A stretch of DNA of 63,918 bases, filler included, from Sphacelaria rigidula (taxonomy: Eukaryota): assembly GCA_964200075.2 (NCBI GenBank). It is 9 parts of 9 records of this genome, joined end to end, with 100 filler letters (N's around TTAATTAATTAA, not from the genome) between each part and the next. Parts side by side here need not be neighbours in the genome. Positions count along the whole stretch, not along the records: positions 7,115 to 14,128 come from CAXNAA020016949.1; positions 14,229 to 21,241 come from CAXNAA020016950.1; positions 21,342 to 28,354 come from CAXNAA020016951.1; 6 more parts are not named here. One strand, written 5' to 3'. The first letter of the stretch is position 1. Each line of letters opens with the position of its first letter. Position numbers and translations under genes: made by a program. The notes beneath the pieces are model-generated. The model ran no database searches. It was not told the origin of the DNA and saw only the letters and a list, made by a program, of their open reading frames with translations. Of this stretch, positions 12,617-24,569 are shown in pieces.

Positions 12617-14025
12617 GTTGAACCTCAATTGAATGTTGAACCTCAAAAACGAATCCAGCCTGTTTTATATTTGTAGGGGCCCTTGACGGTGTCCGATGAC
12701 GTTAGCGATGATATTTTTGAAATGTTCGTCATTTTGGTTGTGGAATCCCGTTCTTGTTTTTTTTAGGCGCAGCCTTCAGCATGGACCAGCGGCTGAAACA
12801 AAAGCAGTTGGCCCAGAAATGGACGCTTTTTCCCCGTTCCGGAAAAAGGGGAGAAAAAGTGATACTCGGAGAAATGGCCAAAAACGCAAGAATATGCAAG
12901 ACGTTGATGTTTGTTTGCGCTTCATCATTGATAGACGATACGTACGCCTCATCTGAAAGCGTGTGGTCATGTTGTGGACTGCATTCACCACAACCACAGG
13001 CAAAACTCGTCCAAATTCGGCCCAAAAAGGTACAAAATTGGACGAAATCGGCCTAAATTTGAACAAATGTTACCCACGATATCTCTCCAATACCCACTCG
13101 AATTTTTGTTACGTTTTTCTTCGTGACCATCTCCGTCACTGTATCTTCCAAAATAATCTAACTACAGCATCTTACGCGCTTCCGTTCGAACGATATGATC
13201 TGTGCCCCACCACCGACTTTACTGTTGTGTTGGAGGAAGTATATGTACATGTATCATTTCACATTTTTCACCACTTTTGCCGACTTTTCTCTGACTGCAA
13301 GACATCTTATCCCGCGCATTTTTTTGCAGTGCACGAAGGAGGTGCAGCGGTACATTACCTTTCAGGTTTGGGTGTCATCTGATACCTGGGGCGCGTGTTC
13401 TGGCCATCGAAAGTCGCCCACACTGGCTCTTTTCCGAGGGGTGTCGATCCCGAGCCACAAACGCCTTCTCGAGATCGTGCAAAACTCTAAACAGGAATCC
13501 GAACCACAAAAGCCTGCTCATGGCGGGGTATTTCTTCACCGTGTGATTTTCTTTGCGTGGTCGTCGATTTGGGAGCACGAAGACAGCGGTTATGCAGCGA
13601 ATGTCACGAGAACATGAGAGCAAAGCAGTAAAGAACAATTGAACATTGCCTTGGCCTTCGTCAGCAGCAAACACAAGTCGAATGATCTGAGATCCTCTAT
13701 ATTACTTAGTTTTGATGTGAAGCCTCTAATACCGTCATATCCACGTTGCTCCCGTTATCATCTGTTCTTGGCACGAGAGCTACTTGCCCCTCTGCCGCCG
13801 GCCTCAGTCCGACTCATCACTTTTCCAACAGACGAGTATCCGAGTGTTCCACGCATAACAATATTTCGAGAAGTTGCTATCGCGTAGCAAGAGAGCTACT
13901 TTGGCACTCTGGCACCTCGGGAATACTACACACTTTCTACGCTGGCGATAAAACCGTGGTCAGGTCCTCCTATGAATAAGAAGCTGGATCCGTTTTTGAG
14001 GTTCAACATTTGAATGAGTTTCAAC
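12617..14025. repeat. Pair of ~45-bp inverted repeats (family G, GTTGAACCTC motifs) 1.3 kb apart
   Basis: gttgaacctcaattgaatgttgaacctcaaaaacgaatccagcct (12617-12661) versus aagctggatccgtttttgaggttcaacatttgaatgagtttcaac (13981-14025). Related fragment at 42681-42730. Confidence 0.75.
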
Positions 14026-14228
14026 TCGAAAACAGTGCTTTCCCTGACCTAAAGTCATGACCAACCAATTTCATATGGACGACCTCATGCCCCACGACCT
14101 CCTCAAAACTATTTTCGGGGGTTGCCCGNNNNNNNNNNNNNNNNNNNNNNNNNNNNNNNNNNNNNNNNNNNNTTAATTAATTAANNNNNNNNNNNNNNNN
14201 NNNNNNNNNNNNNNNNNNNNNNNNNNNN

Positions 14229-14621
14229 AAAAAGAGAGCTAGGCGGAGTTTGACACACTTGGAATGACCTACTCTACTGGTTGAGGCGGTTCCAGCACAT
14301 CTTTCCGTTTTCCGGTGGTCAAAGTTTCCATTTTGGCCAAACAAGAACTTTTGTCCAGGAACGGTAAAAAAACAGTCACGTCCATAAAAAACTGCCACTT
14401 TTCTCTGGACTTTACCGTTTTTGGACAAAAATTCTTGTTTGGCCAAAATGAAAACTGTGGCCACGGGAAAACGGGAAGATGTCCTGGAACCGCCTCAAAG
14501 AGTAGGGCAAGTCATTCCAAGGTGTCAAACTCCGCCTAGCTCTCTTTCGGGGCGTAAAACGGCGTAAAAACTCCAAAAAGACTATTTTCCAGATTTTTAT
14601 TTTTGTCTATCAGCAGCGGCC
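14229..14621. mobile_element. Foldback MITE family C (GGCCGCT...AGCGGCC ends), left end cut by contig start
   Basis: Self-complementary arms ctaggcggagtttgacac / gtgtcaaactccgcctag. Same family at 32228, 41555 and 62862. Confidence 0.85.
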
Positions 14622-14997
14622 TCATACCCAACATATCGCTTGACTTCAGTGTGCGACAAAATCTCGTGAGTTCAGGGTGGTATCACCCCTAATCGCAGAC
14701 AGCTTTCGGTTTCTGAAAATCGCGATTAATAATGACGAACTCCGCACGAAAAACGGGACACCGGCATCATAAGTACCCAAGGAATACGAGCGTAAATCGT
14801 GGTTCGGTAGACCAGGTCAAGTTTGAGATGAGCACGACCGTTCTCGCTACTTCGGTAGAAGCCATCGCACACTCTTTCATCCCAGCGACCCAAGGGTAAT
14901 GAATGTTCCGAAAAAAAGATGGGGACATTACGTCAAGACGGCTCGACTATACTTGCACTCGAAGGTACAATATATCTCGCACAAATTCAAAGAGGCA

Positions 14998-15343
14998 GTG
15001 TCGTCGTCTCATCTATTCTGGACGCCGGTCTGCACCTTTCGGTATATATGGGCGCACCAGTCGGGATCACACAGGGAGAAAGTCAACACAGGAGATTTTT
15101 CTTCTTGTTTCAGTTCTCCACCTTCCTTCTGCCCTGCTTGCCTTTCTTTTTTATCACGAAAGGGGTTCAGCAGTCCCTTTCCCTCGTCGACCATTACGTC
15201 GAATTTTGTGTACCCACCACATGGTCGCTCTCCACTATTGGGCATTGTGTGGGAAAAAATCCTACATCGCTCTGAGATTCGAACCCACAACCCAACCGTC
15301 AGAAGGTGTCAAGCTTAACAACTGAGACACCGGGGCGACCGGC
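14998..15343 (-). mobile_element. SINE family S1
   Basis: Reverse complement of the 2331-2709 head, body and tail. Confidence 0.85.
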
Positions 15344-15613
15344 TCAGCATGGGTGCAATGATTTTGCTCGACTTGATTGATTAGATTGTCGCGAATGAAT
15401 TTATCCCGGAGGAGCCCAGACATGGTCATTATTCATTAAATACACGTACCCGAGGTGAGTAAAACGGAAACGCTTGCTAGAGCAAAAACAGAAACGTGGG
15501 GAAAACAAACGGATACACCGGGATGAACAATACCACACGATGTGCCATAGTCGCAGCCACTACAATAGAACATCTCACGTTCTTGGATGAACCCTGGTAT
15601 TAGACCAACATGA

Positions 15614-15997
15614 CATGTGCACCCGGGTGCACCATCTGCACCCTCGGATAATGGCAAAACAAGTGCGGCTGGCCTGTGCCGCATGACCACCCCGACCGTG
15701 GTGACTTGGACCACACTCTGTTCAATCGGAGCCAGCACATCCCACGAGGAATACAGTAGTAGTACGTAGTACAGCAGTATCATGATGTCGCACTCTCTCA
15801 TATCTCTCACTACTTGTCGCGTGGTCGAGTGTGCGTGACTTCCCACTGCCAGCTCGAACATAAAGACACTGCTCTGTGTTGATAATTTCAAAACTCAACA
15901 TTTCCCGTTATACTTGGTCGGTGGTCATGCGGCACAGGCCAGCCGCACGTGTTTTGCCTCTGTCCGAGGGTGCAGATGGTGCACCCGGGTGCACATG
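15614..15997. mobile_element. MITE with ~80-bp TIRs (CATGTGCACCCGGGTGCACCATCTGCACCCTCGGA), possibly Tc1/mariner-like
   Basis: 15614-15691 is the reverse complement of 15920-15997. Right flank TA, left flank GA (possibly a mutated TA TSD). Confidence 0.75.
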
Positions 15998-16105
15998 TAA
16001 TTTTTTTGCAAACAATTACATCGCCTATACCCGGAATAACGCGTCTTCCAGGAAGCGCACCCATCTTCTCAAGGCTTCTACCCCATGGCGGAGTCGTCAG
16101 CTATC

Positions 16106-16505
16106 AACACGGGATCTTACAAATTGGGGATGGAATTTTTTATTGGGGATGAGAAACCCGGAGAAAAAAAATCTTCGTATCCACACCAAATCTTCGAAAT
16201 ATGGTTTCATTTCTTCACCTCCCGATAGCTGTTGACAACTGCCACACGCCATGCGAATTTGGATTTCGATCACCGCCATGTTGGGGTCCTAGATACAAAA
16301 ACAATTTCGGAACCATTTCGGCGTCCGTTCGGACACCCGGGATTCCCCAAAATTGCGGTGATCGAAAACCAAATTCGTATGGCGTGAAGCAGTTGTCAAT
16401 AGCTATCAGGAGGTGAAAAAATGGAACCATATTTAAAAGATTTGGTGTAGATACGAATATTTAATTCTCCGGGTTTCTCATCCCCAATATGTAAGATCCC
16501 GTGTT
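16106..16505. mobile_element. MITE family A with 4-bp TSD TATC
   Basis: tatc|aacacgggatcttacaaattgggg ... ccccaatatgtaagatcccgtgtt|tatc. Confidence 0.9.
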
Positions 16506-16531
16506 TATCCTCCGTAAAAGGGCCATCATGC

Positions 16532-16764
16532 CAGGGATGCCGCGATAGCCCACGCCCCCAAAACAACCCCATAACTGCCACGAAGAAAATGGCTCATGTA
16601 GCGCATGATGACCGGTTTCAGGCGGGACAAAGCGCCTCATATGGGCGACATTGGCGGAAACGACCCCAACCGTAGGAGTTCTAAGCTGCTCGGTGTGCTC
16701 AGCTTTTGTCATCTTGAACATAAATACATTTTGCCTCCTCAAGCCAGGTCCATTTCTGGGGGGG
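16532..16764 (+). mobile_element. hAT-like MITE family H (end CAGGGATGCCGCGATAGCCC), right end displaced by a LINE-like fragment
   Basis: Body aligns in reverse with 29233-29452 (cctcatatg.gcgacattggcg.aaacga.cccaa, gctgctcggtgtgctc). A similar terminus occurs at 34739. Confidence 0.7.
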
Positions 16765-16950
16765 TGTACTCATGATCATGCGCGCCTATGCATGACATAT
16801 GACACACATGATGGTGTTGTCCGTTTCCCACGGGATGCGCGATCGGAGAAAAATGTTCCGAAAGTGCGATCCTCAGAAAGCTCTCCACGAGTGGAAGCAA
16901 CTGTGGGGAACGTTCTGTCCTTTTTTGAAGCGAGCATTCGACAGTAGAAC
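16765..16950 (-). mobile_element. LINE-like 3' end (…GATCATGAGTACA + C tract), subfamily L-b
   Basis: Minus strand ends gcatgatcatgagtacacccccccag; the same terminus is at 35421, 55831 and 56753. 5' limit approximate. Confidence 0.55.
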
Positions 16951-17249
16951 AAGGGATCCCAAGCGACCTTCGTCGCTCACCGGTGACAAAATCCCACACT
17001 TCGCCTTGGGTTTAACTACCAACCTCTCAAGTATTGTAGTTTTTCAAACGATATTTCCCACACTCTGGACAACAGATTACATTGTCAAAAAGTGACTTGC
17101 GGACAGTATGAAATCCATTGTCTCGTGCAACAGACACATATACTCGATTCAGTTAACAAATATGGAAAGTCAAGGAGACAACACTGCATAGTATTCTCAG
17201 CAGTTCATACCCTGGACACCATGGGGAGTACTGTACTCGGTACTGTCAT

Positions 17250-17572
17250 TCTTTTTTTTTCGTCGCATTTTGAACCCCTCCCCTTCCTGGGTACGAGTTC
17301 ATGTTGTTACGGGATTGACCCGTCTCTCCCCGGTACACGACTTCCATTTTGATCTAGCGGGTTGGATCATGACTAGCACTCCCGCACCGCGTCAACTCTC
17401 CTCAAACTCAGCCAACTACTTTTTTTTACTCACGTACTCACGTACTCACGTTTTCGAAGGTGGAAATCAGGTGCTTCGAAGAAAAAACCGAACGCATCAA
17501 GAATCGAACTCCCGTTCTCTCCACTCTCATGGTGACAGTCGCCCCCACTACACCACCGAGGCGCGGCGGTAC
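17250..17572 (-). mobile_element. tRNA-derived SINE, family S2
   Basis: Minus strand: A-box TGGTGTAGTGG, B-box GTTCGATTC, A-rich tail. Body aligns with 58345-58660. Confidence 0.75.
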
Positions 17573-18902
17573 TGATACTCTTGAGAATCCAGCGTAACTT
17601 GCGGAACTCCACGATCTCATCTCCAAACTATACGCCGAGGGAACCTGGGGAAACCAGCACTTTTCGGCAGTCCATATTTTTGTGTACCCGGAGGTGCGAT
17701 ACCATACCTCCCAAATTTTTGTCAAGCGCACCAACTCAAAATGCTCATATCTGGGTACATGCCGCTCAATCTCTTCTCTTTACATCTATTCACACTGTAC
17801 TCAAGGCAAAGCCTCCTTTACAACCCACGACAAGACTCACCCTGTAAACGTCGTCCTTGGTAAGACGTACGTAAGCGGGAAGCAGACGCTGGATACCCGC
17901 CTCCCCCACCACTTTGCAGATCTTATGCAGATTCAACGCCGTCGCTTTTCGTACTCGGAAAACAGGATCCTGAGAAAAGGAAAAAACGCACACACACACC
18001 AAGTGAAAAGTGAGTATTACGTGTGGCGGAACAATGAATACCTTTTGATACGAAGGGCTATTTTGGAATGCATACACATAGTGAAAACGAAAATTCACTG
18101 AGAAGGTATATTACAGTGTACATGTATATATACATATACCTTCTCCATACTTACATTTCACACACTGGTTCTTGCTCAGAACGAGTCCGTACTCTCAAAG
18201 GATCAACTTATCCCCCCACCTATACCTACCTGCCTTGCACTCGATTGTCGAGCACTGAATGATGACCTTGTATGCACCTATCCGCACTCTCATACCAAGT
18301 CGACTTTCACCGAACTTTTTGTTCGCTCACGTTCTCATCGTTCCGTCACAAATACCAGTACAAGACCAATAAAACAATCCATTACTGCCGGTATTCGAAC
18401 GCACTACTATTACTTCGCCCAATGTAATTTATTGTGGTATCATGCATCAGTTTCACCGCCAGGACTGCTAGTTTACATATCTCGACTATTAATAGTGAAC
18501 CCACCAAAAAGGACAGGCATGTTGATGGGAGCCCGAACCACACGCCTTACAATATTGCTAAGCCCGCTTGATGACGATTCATGTCTCCCAAAGTGAAACT
18601 GTTGATTTGAACAAAAGGTTGCGACGTGCCATAACCGGAGATACAATACCTACCTCGTTGCCAATACCGCCCATAACAGCTCAATAGTTCGATACCGCTT
18701 GAATGCAGGTCCACTACTGTGCGGAAGTTTGCAAACCTCCCCAAAGGATGCACTATTGTCGGGAGTTGAACACGACACATGCGGCCAAACCGATAGTCAG
18801 TAAAACCTACATATAACCCTGACAGTTTCATGCACGCAACAGTTCAAATAACAACGAAACCAACGAGACAATCGTCAAGAATACAATACAAAATGAACCA
18901 AA

Positions 18903-18906
<4 letters not shown>

Positions 18907-18942
<36 letters not shown>
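18907..18942. repeat. (CA)n microsatellite
   Basis: Direct reading. Others at 31956-31975 (CA), 31527-31547 (TTG) and 52819-52847 (AATC). Confidence 0.95.
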
Positions 18943-18945
<3 letters not shown>

Positions 18946-19930
18946 CTGAAAGGGACACCATCTCCGGGGTGACGAACTGCTTGCACAAATCGTTTCCCAA
19001 TGACTCGGCCAGGTCGTTCAACAAGGCTGCCGCCGTCATTCGCAGTTCCTCCTGCAGTCACATACAAAAATTGAACGAGAGGTTCCATGGTCACTAACGC
19101 TGTTGGAAAGAGGCACCATCAACGTCAGGACCTCACGCTCAGGATTGAACGTTGCAGATTCATGGCAGTAGCATTCACGCAGATGTCGATCCTTTGACTG
19201 CGCACCATAGTCATTTTCCAAAGCGAACATTCATTTCAGGGTTTTTCCATGGCAAAATGAGACGGACATTTCCATTCTCGCGAAGGCCACGGGACGGGAA
19301 GGGAACCAAGCCGAAAAACGGCGAAAGTGAGGCGAGAGTTTCTGTCTCGCTCCATCTTCACGGGATAAACGAATTTCGTCGGGTGAAATTCCAGTCCTGT
19401 CTTGTGTCCTGTCCCATCCTCGCGATGAATTTGTGTAAGAACCCCGAAATACGTCTACCAGGGGTACATCTTCACAGTTTCATGCATTGGCGGATAGGCA
19501 AACACCGCTGTTCAGCGCACAATAGGGGGACATCAGTGGCCAACTTGTTTCGGGTGTCGGTTGATTGGATTTCCGCAACGACTTCCACGGGTGGGTTGGC
19601 AAAATCTGATTAGACCACTTGGCTACAAGCCAATAATTTTTATTTTCTACATTAAAATGTGAAGATGATCTGTGCGCTTCGTATAATCGCCAATCGCCCA
19701 CCACTGTGATGTCGATGCTGAATAGGCAGAGAATGGCGCAGGGACAAACATAAGAGAGCACTGAAACGGGCTGAAAAAACCACGGTCGACAACGTCATGT
19801 ACCATATCCCACATGTGGTGATGATCGTAATAAATCCCAACATTTCTTCAATTTCCTGTGAGATTCGACGGGGAGGTCCGTGCTGCTGACGGAACGTCTC
19901 GTGAGAATAGGACGCGAAATCTTGTGATAA

Positions 19931-20278
19931 TGTGTGTGTCGTCCTTGTCGACCCCAGTCTACACCTTCTTGGTGTATGTGGGCGCATCAGTCGGGGTCAT
20001 GCTGGATGAAGGGTTATTTTTGATTTTTGGTTTTGTTTGAGTGCCGCAACTTCCTGCTGCAGTGCTTGCCGTATTTTTGTCACGAGAGAGGTTGAGTGAT
20101 CCCTCCCCCTCGTCGACCTTGAAGTCAGATTTTGTGTACCCATGACATAGCCGTTTCTCACTGTGATGTATGGTGTGAGTAAGAAATCCCATGTCGTGTG
20201 AAATCACCGAGATTCGAACCCACGACCCAACTGTCACACAGTTTCAAGGTTATCAACTGAGCCACCGGCGCGACCGGC
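19931..20278 (-). mobile_element. SINE family S1 (diverged)
   Basis: Plus strand shows gattcgaaccc...caactgagccaccggcgcgaccggc head and a tgtgtgtg tail. Confidence 0.82.
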
Positions 20279-20926
20279 TTAGGATAGAAAATCTTGCGAC
20301 AATACGACGGACAACCCGTCACTCACGACGGGAATCAGTCACGGATGTCCCGTGAGGACAGCACGATAATTGAACAAAACAGCCCGGACGGCAAGTCAGT
20401 GCTGTCCCGTAGGTTCTCCCGTAGGAAAAAATACCCGCGAAAAAGTCCGGGTTCGTTTGATACTGCATTTACCTCAGTGCCTATATGCCCCTGCAGTAGA
20501 CATTGATATATCTCCATAGTCAAAAAGTTGGCCAAAACTCAAATACGCTCAAATAGTTACGGTAATCCCGACTCTCGACAACCCAAGCATCCCGTAACAG
20601 CCGGTACTTTCGGCAACCGGCGGCCAAGGCGTCCAGAAAACTCGGTACTTTTGTCAGTCGATTCATGAGATACTCACGGATAAAAGAGATTGCGACTATC
20701 CTGAAAATCCAGGGTACCTATGGCACGGGTACCGTAACCAACCGCCGGTAAAGCAGCAATACGCGGAGCTTTTCCTCTGCTGTCTCACCGATTAGATTGG
20801 CAGGCCGAGAATGTTCCTGCGGCGGCAGGTCTCCTGTTTTCAGTATTTTTTTCAAAATAACAAGACGGCGGGCCCCTAATTCTCCTTCGCCGGCCGGATT
20901 TATGTAACTGGGATTCACACCCTGCC

Positions 20927-21241
20927 TGTGTGTGTTGTTGCTGTCCCATCTATTCTGAGTGCCGGTCTACACCTTTCGGTATATGTGAGTGCACCAGCCT
21001 GGGTCACACAGGAGGAAGGTCGACACGAGAGGAAGGTCGACACGAGAGGAAGGTCGACACGAGAGGAAGGTCGACACGAGAGGAAGGTCGACACGAGAGG
21101 AAGGTCGACACAGGACTTTTTTCTTTTTATTTGTTTTTAGTATCCCACCTTCCTTCTGCGGTGCTTGCCTTTTTTATTTTTTATCGCGAGTGGGGTTTAG
21201 CACTCCGTTTCCCTCGTCGACCGTTGAGTCGAATTTTGTGT
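20927..21241 (-). mobile_element. SINE family S1, head cut by contig end, with internal 17-bp tandem expansion
   Basis: S1 tail and body; GAGGAAGGTCGACACGA x6 at 21012-21111. Confidence 0.85.
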
Positions 21242-21574
21242 NNNNNNNNNNNNNNNNNNNNNNNNNNNNNNNNNNNNNNNNNNNNTTAATTAATTAANNN
21301 NNNNNNNNNNNNNNNNNNNNNNNNNNNNNNNNNNNNNNNNNCGATGGAATAATCATGGACACGCGTGTACACCGCATTCGTTTGGTGCACCTAGTCACAA
21401 CTGCTTAACTGCTGCAGATTGTTTTGGGGGGGGGGGTGGTTTCCCTTGGAATAACTGTTTCGCGCTGTTCCTGCAAAAACCTCATGCCGCTGGAACCCCA
21501 TTTTAGTTTTCAACCCCAATTTTTAAGATCGGCTGTCTACTGGTATTGCAGACATCTCATACTCTATCGATACA

Positions 21575-21960
21575 GATTCAATCGTGTATTTTCAAGTGTA
21601 ACATATCTATGATACCTACGATACCATGGTACTCGAGAAGCCAGTATTTACCGTACCTGCGTAATCGGGTATTTTCAAATGTCATACCTACGATACCCAC
21701 GATACCACGGTATTTCGAGATACCAGTACCTACCGTACCCGCCCAATCGGGTCTTTTCGAGTGTCCTACCTACAATACCTACAATACCACGGTTTTTCGA
21801 GATACCAATACCTACCGTACCCGCTCAATCAGGTGCTCCTAAAACTCATACCTATGATACCGACGATACCACGGTATTTCCAAATTTCGATACCTACCGT
21901 ACCCGCTCAACTAGGTATTTCAGACTCACACCTACGGCACCCACGCATACCACGGTATGG
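21575..21960. repeat. ~82-bp tandem repeat (GATACC/TACCGTACC-rich), about 4.5 units, probably the interior of a hAT-type MITE
   Basis: TACCGTACC at ~21649, 21731, 21813 and 21895; GATACCACGGT recurs in each unit. Confidence 0.8.
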
Positions 21961-22572
21961 GACACCCTGGTACATACCGTGGGTACGCTCGGTACGGTAC
22001 CTTACCTACGGTTCCCGTGACAGACTGTGCCGGCCAAGGAAACATTCCGCATATGTTACAGCGACTGTTCGCATTGTGTGTGCAAGTGATCGGGGTTGAC
22101 TGAATTGGGGCTAGTTATCGGCGAGTCGACACGATAGGGCCACAGTCCAGCCGTCTGACGAACAACCTAATATGAATCCTGTTGATAAGGACATCCTCAT
22201 GTGTTTGATGCTATTTGGAATTGATCCAGGCAGTATCTGGCACAGCGCCCATACATGGGGGTAACTGTTTGCAGTGGAAATGTAGCGTTCAGTATGAAAG
22301 CAGTGTTTGCGGAGGCGTTTACGAATTCTGACATTGTGGGACGTACGTACACAAAAAACGGTATGATGTCTGTCCTTGTTTCCCAGGTGCAGTGCCGCTG
22401 CTAGTAGAAAAGTTGGCCATCGCAGCTAGGTTGCCGCACACATGAGTACAGATACTATCACCAGCAACGAGTAGCATTCATCTAGCAGCGGCCGACTGGT
22501 ATAAGCAGCACAAGTAGGGAGAGGTAGGCAAGAACTAGCGCGCTTCGCAAAGGATCGATCGACTTTTACATC

Positions 22573-24180
22573 ATGTCTGGCATTGGCGGGGGTGCGGCTC
22601 AAGCAGGCGGGGATGAAAATCTGGCACCACACGGAGACGGTATGGCTAGGGTGGGGGCTGGTGGATCTCCCATAGCCGGCGGCGGGAGCCAAGCACACCA
22701 AGGCGGCGAGGGGATGGCAGGGCATAATGGCCCACACGCGGCAGCAGCAGCGGCAGTCGACCAACCTCAGGGCGTACTGCAAGCACCCGTCATGTCGCAG
22801 CAGGTGTTCCAGCAGCACATGCTGGCTGCACTGGCCCAGTTGACCAATCGCCTGCAGGCTGTCGAGAATAACCAGCGGCCGCAGCCGCTACAACTTCCGC
22901 AGGCACCCCCACAGCAACCACCGCGACAGATCGGGAACGGGTGGCAACAACCACCATAACCGCAGGATTCAGCAGCTGGCGCGCAACCGGCGACACAACG
23001 GACCGCAGCTGAACAGGCGGGTATCAAAGCAAATGCCAAACGTGCCATCGACTCGTGGCGGGCCACCACTGGGCCCATGTTTTTCCTCCTGAGAGGGGGC
23101 CTTGACGTGAGTGAAGATCTCACTTTCCACCTGTAACAACTCACGCTCAAGAAGGTGGCTCACGTTACGCACGCGTCCGCCAACCAGCCGCAAACCCTGG
23201 CCAATTTCAAGGCAATGGACTTCAAAAAAACGGTGCCACCCGGCTCGACCCCCATGGATATGCCGGCTGGTGTGCATTTTTACACGTTTGTCGCGTCCCT
23301 GTTCACGATTTTGCTCACCCCCATGGGGCACGTTCCCGAGTTATGCAAGACACGCACGCGCGCCCTTCAGTCGGAGTTCGAATCAGTAGCTAACCAAGTA
23401 AGGTATACAGATTACAACTACACACCACTGTACCCACATAGAACGACGGTCCGCGACAAGCTTCTAACAGCCATAGACACCGGCATAGAGAAGTTCTTCT
23501 ACCGGGTGGCACTTCAGGCACAACAGCTCCGGAGGACATACCCGGCCGTAGTTCCGCCGTCGACGACGAGGGAGTCGGTAGCGGCGCCGGCTTTTACAAA
23601 CCTAAGAGCTCTCGTCACCGAGGATGGGCCCAACTGGCTCGTCGGGAAGTCCGCTTTCTGGCCGGTCGGCGAGGCAAAGCCAAACAAAAAACGGAAAGCG
23701 ACGTCGCAGGCAGGCCCCCCAGCTCCCTCACCTTCGGGCATCACAACGCCGGCGGGACCCCCGTCGACCTTCGTGCAGCGGAAAGTTCAGTGGTAGACTC
23801 CAGAGGATGTTCGCGTTTACCACTGGCAAAACCAACCGTGCACGCGCAACAACTGCGAGTTCTCTCACGACATCGTGTCCTCGTATGCATCCGGGCAGGG
23901 GCAGGCTACGCCGACGCCGACAGCGCCGGCGCCGGCCCAGACACCACCACCGCCCCCGCCCCCGCAGCCTCCGGCAACCCCGGCACAGTAGGCACTAACT
24001 CAGGTGCAACAACTGCCTGCTCACAAGCACCAGCAATCGGCGCCCGCCCCGGCACCGGTTGCACGGTATTCACACAGCTACGGAGGGCGCGGCGCGGAGA
24101 AAGGGGGTAGCGCCGCCGGTGGGAGAGGAAACGGGAGCGGATGGTGGCGCGGGCTCTGCCCACCGGCAGGGCCGACATTG
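22573..24180 (+). pseudogene. gag-like ORF1 of the DIRS/Ngaro element
   Basis: One frame with four in-frame stops. Degenerate zinc finger V[R]VYHWQNQPCTRNNCEFSH (first Cys is CGC instead of TGC), followed by Pro-rich and RGG-rich stretches. Confidence 0.65.
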
Positions 24181-24569
24181 ACAGGAGAAGCGGGTAGCGA
24201 CGTAAACACGATGTTTGCGGACGCCTCTAGGTCCGTGGGGCTTTTCGGGGCACCTTCACCTGGGTCGGTCCCAGCGACCGTGTTTCATGGTGAGAGATGT
24301 AGAGAGCAGACAGAGGTAGCGGTGCCTTGCGACTGGGATTGTGAATACATGGGGAATCAGGGTTACGAAGACAACGGGGTGTGAGTGTGCCCTCCGGGGT
24401 TTGTCACGTCAGTTAACTCAGGACACGATCGCGTAACCCACCAGATAGCAAAAAACCACTCAGTGTCGCTCTCACAGGCGGTCGGCGTAGCGCCGCCGCC
24501 GACAGTAACCCCTGGCACATTAGAACAAGCCACGCCAGTTTTGCATGCAGCAGGGACCACTTACGCCAT

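Noticed and set aside
19237-19446. Possible hAT-like MITE with GGGACGGG motifs (similar patches at ~20300-20456, 30690-30790 and 39225-39370)
   Set aside because: TIRs are weak and no TSD could be matched, so boundaries cannot be supported.
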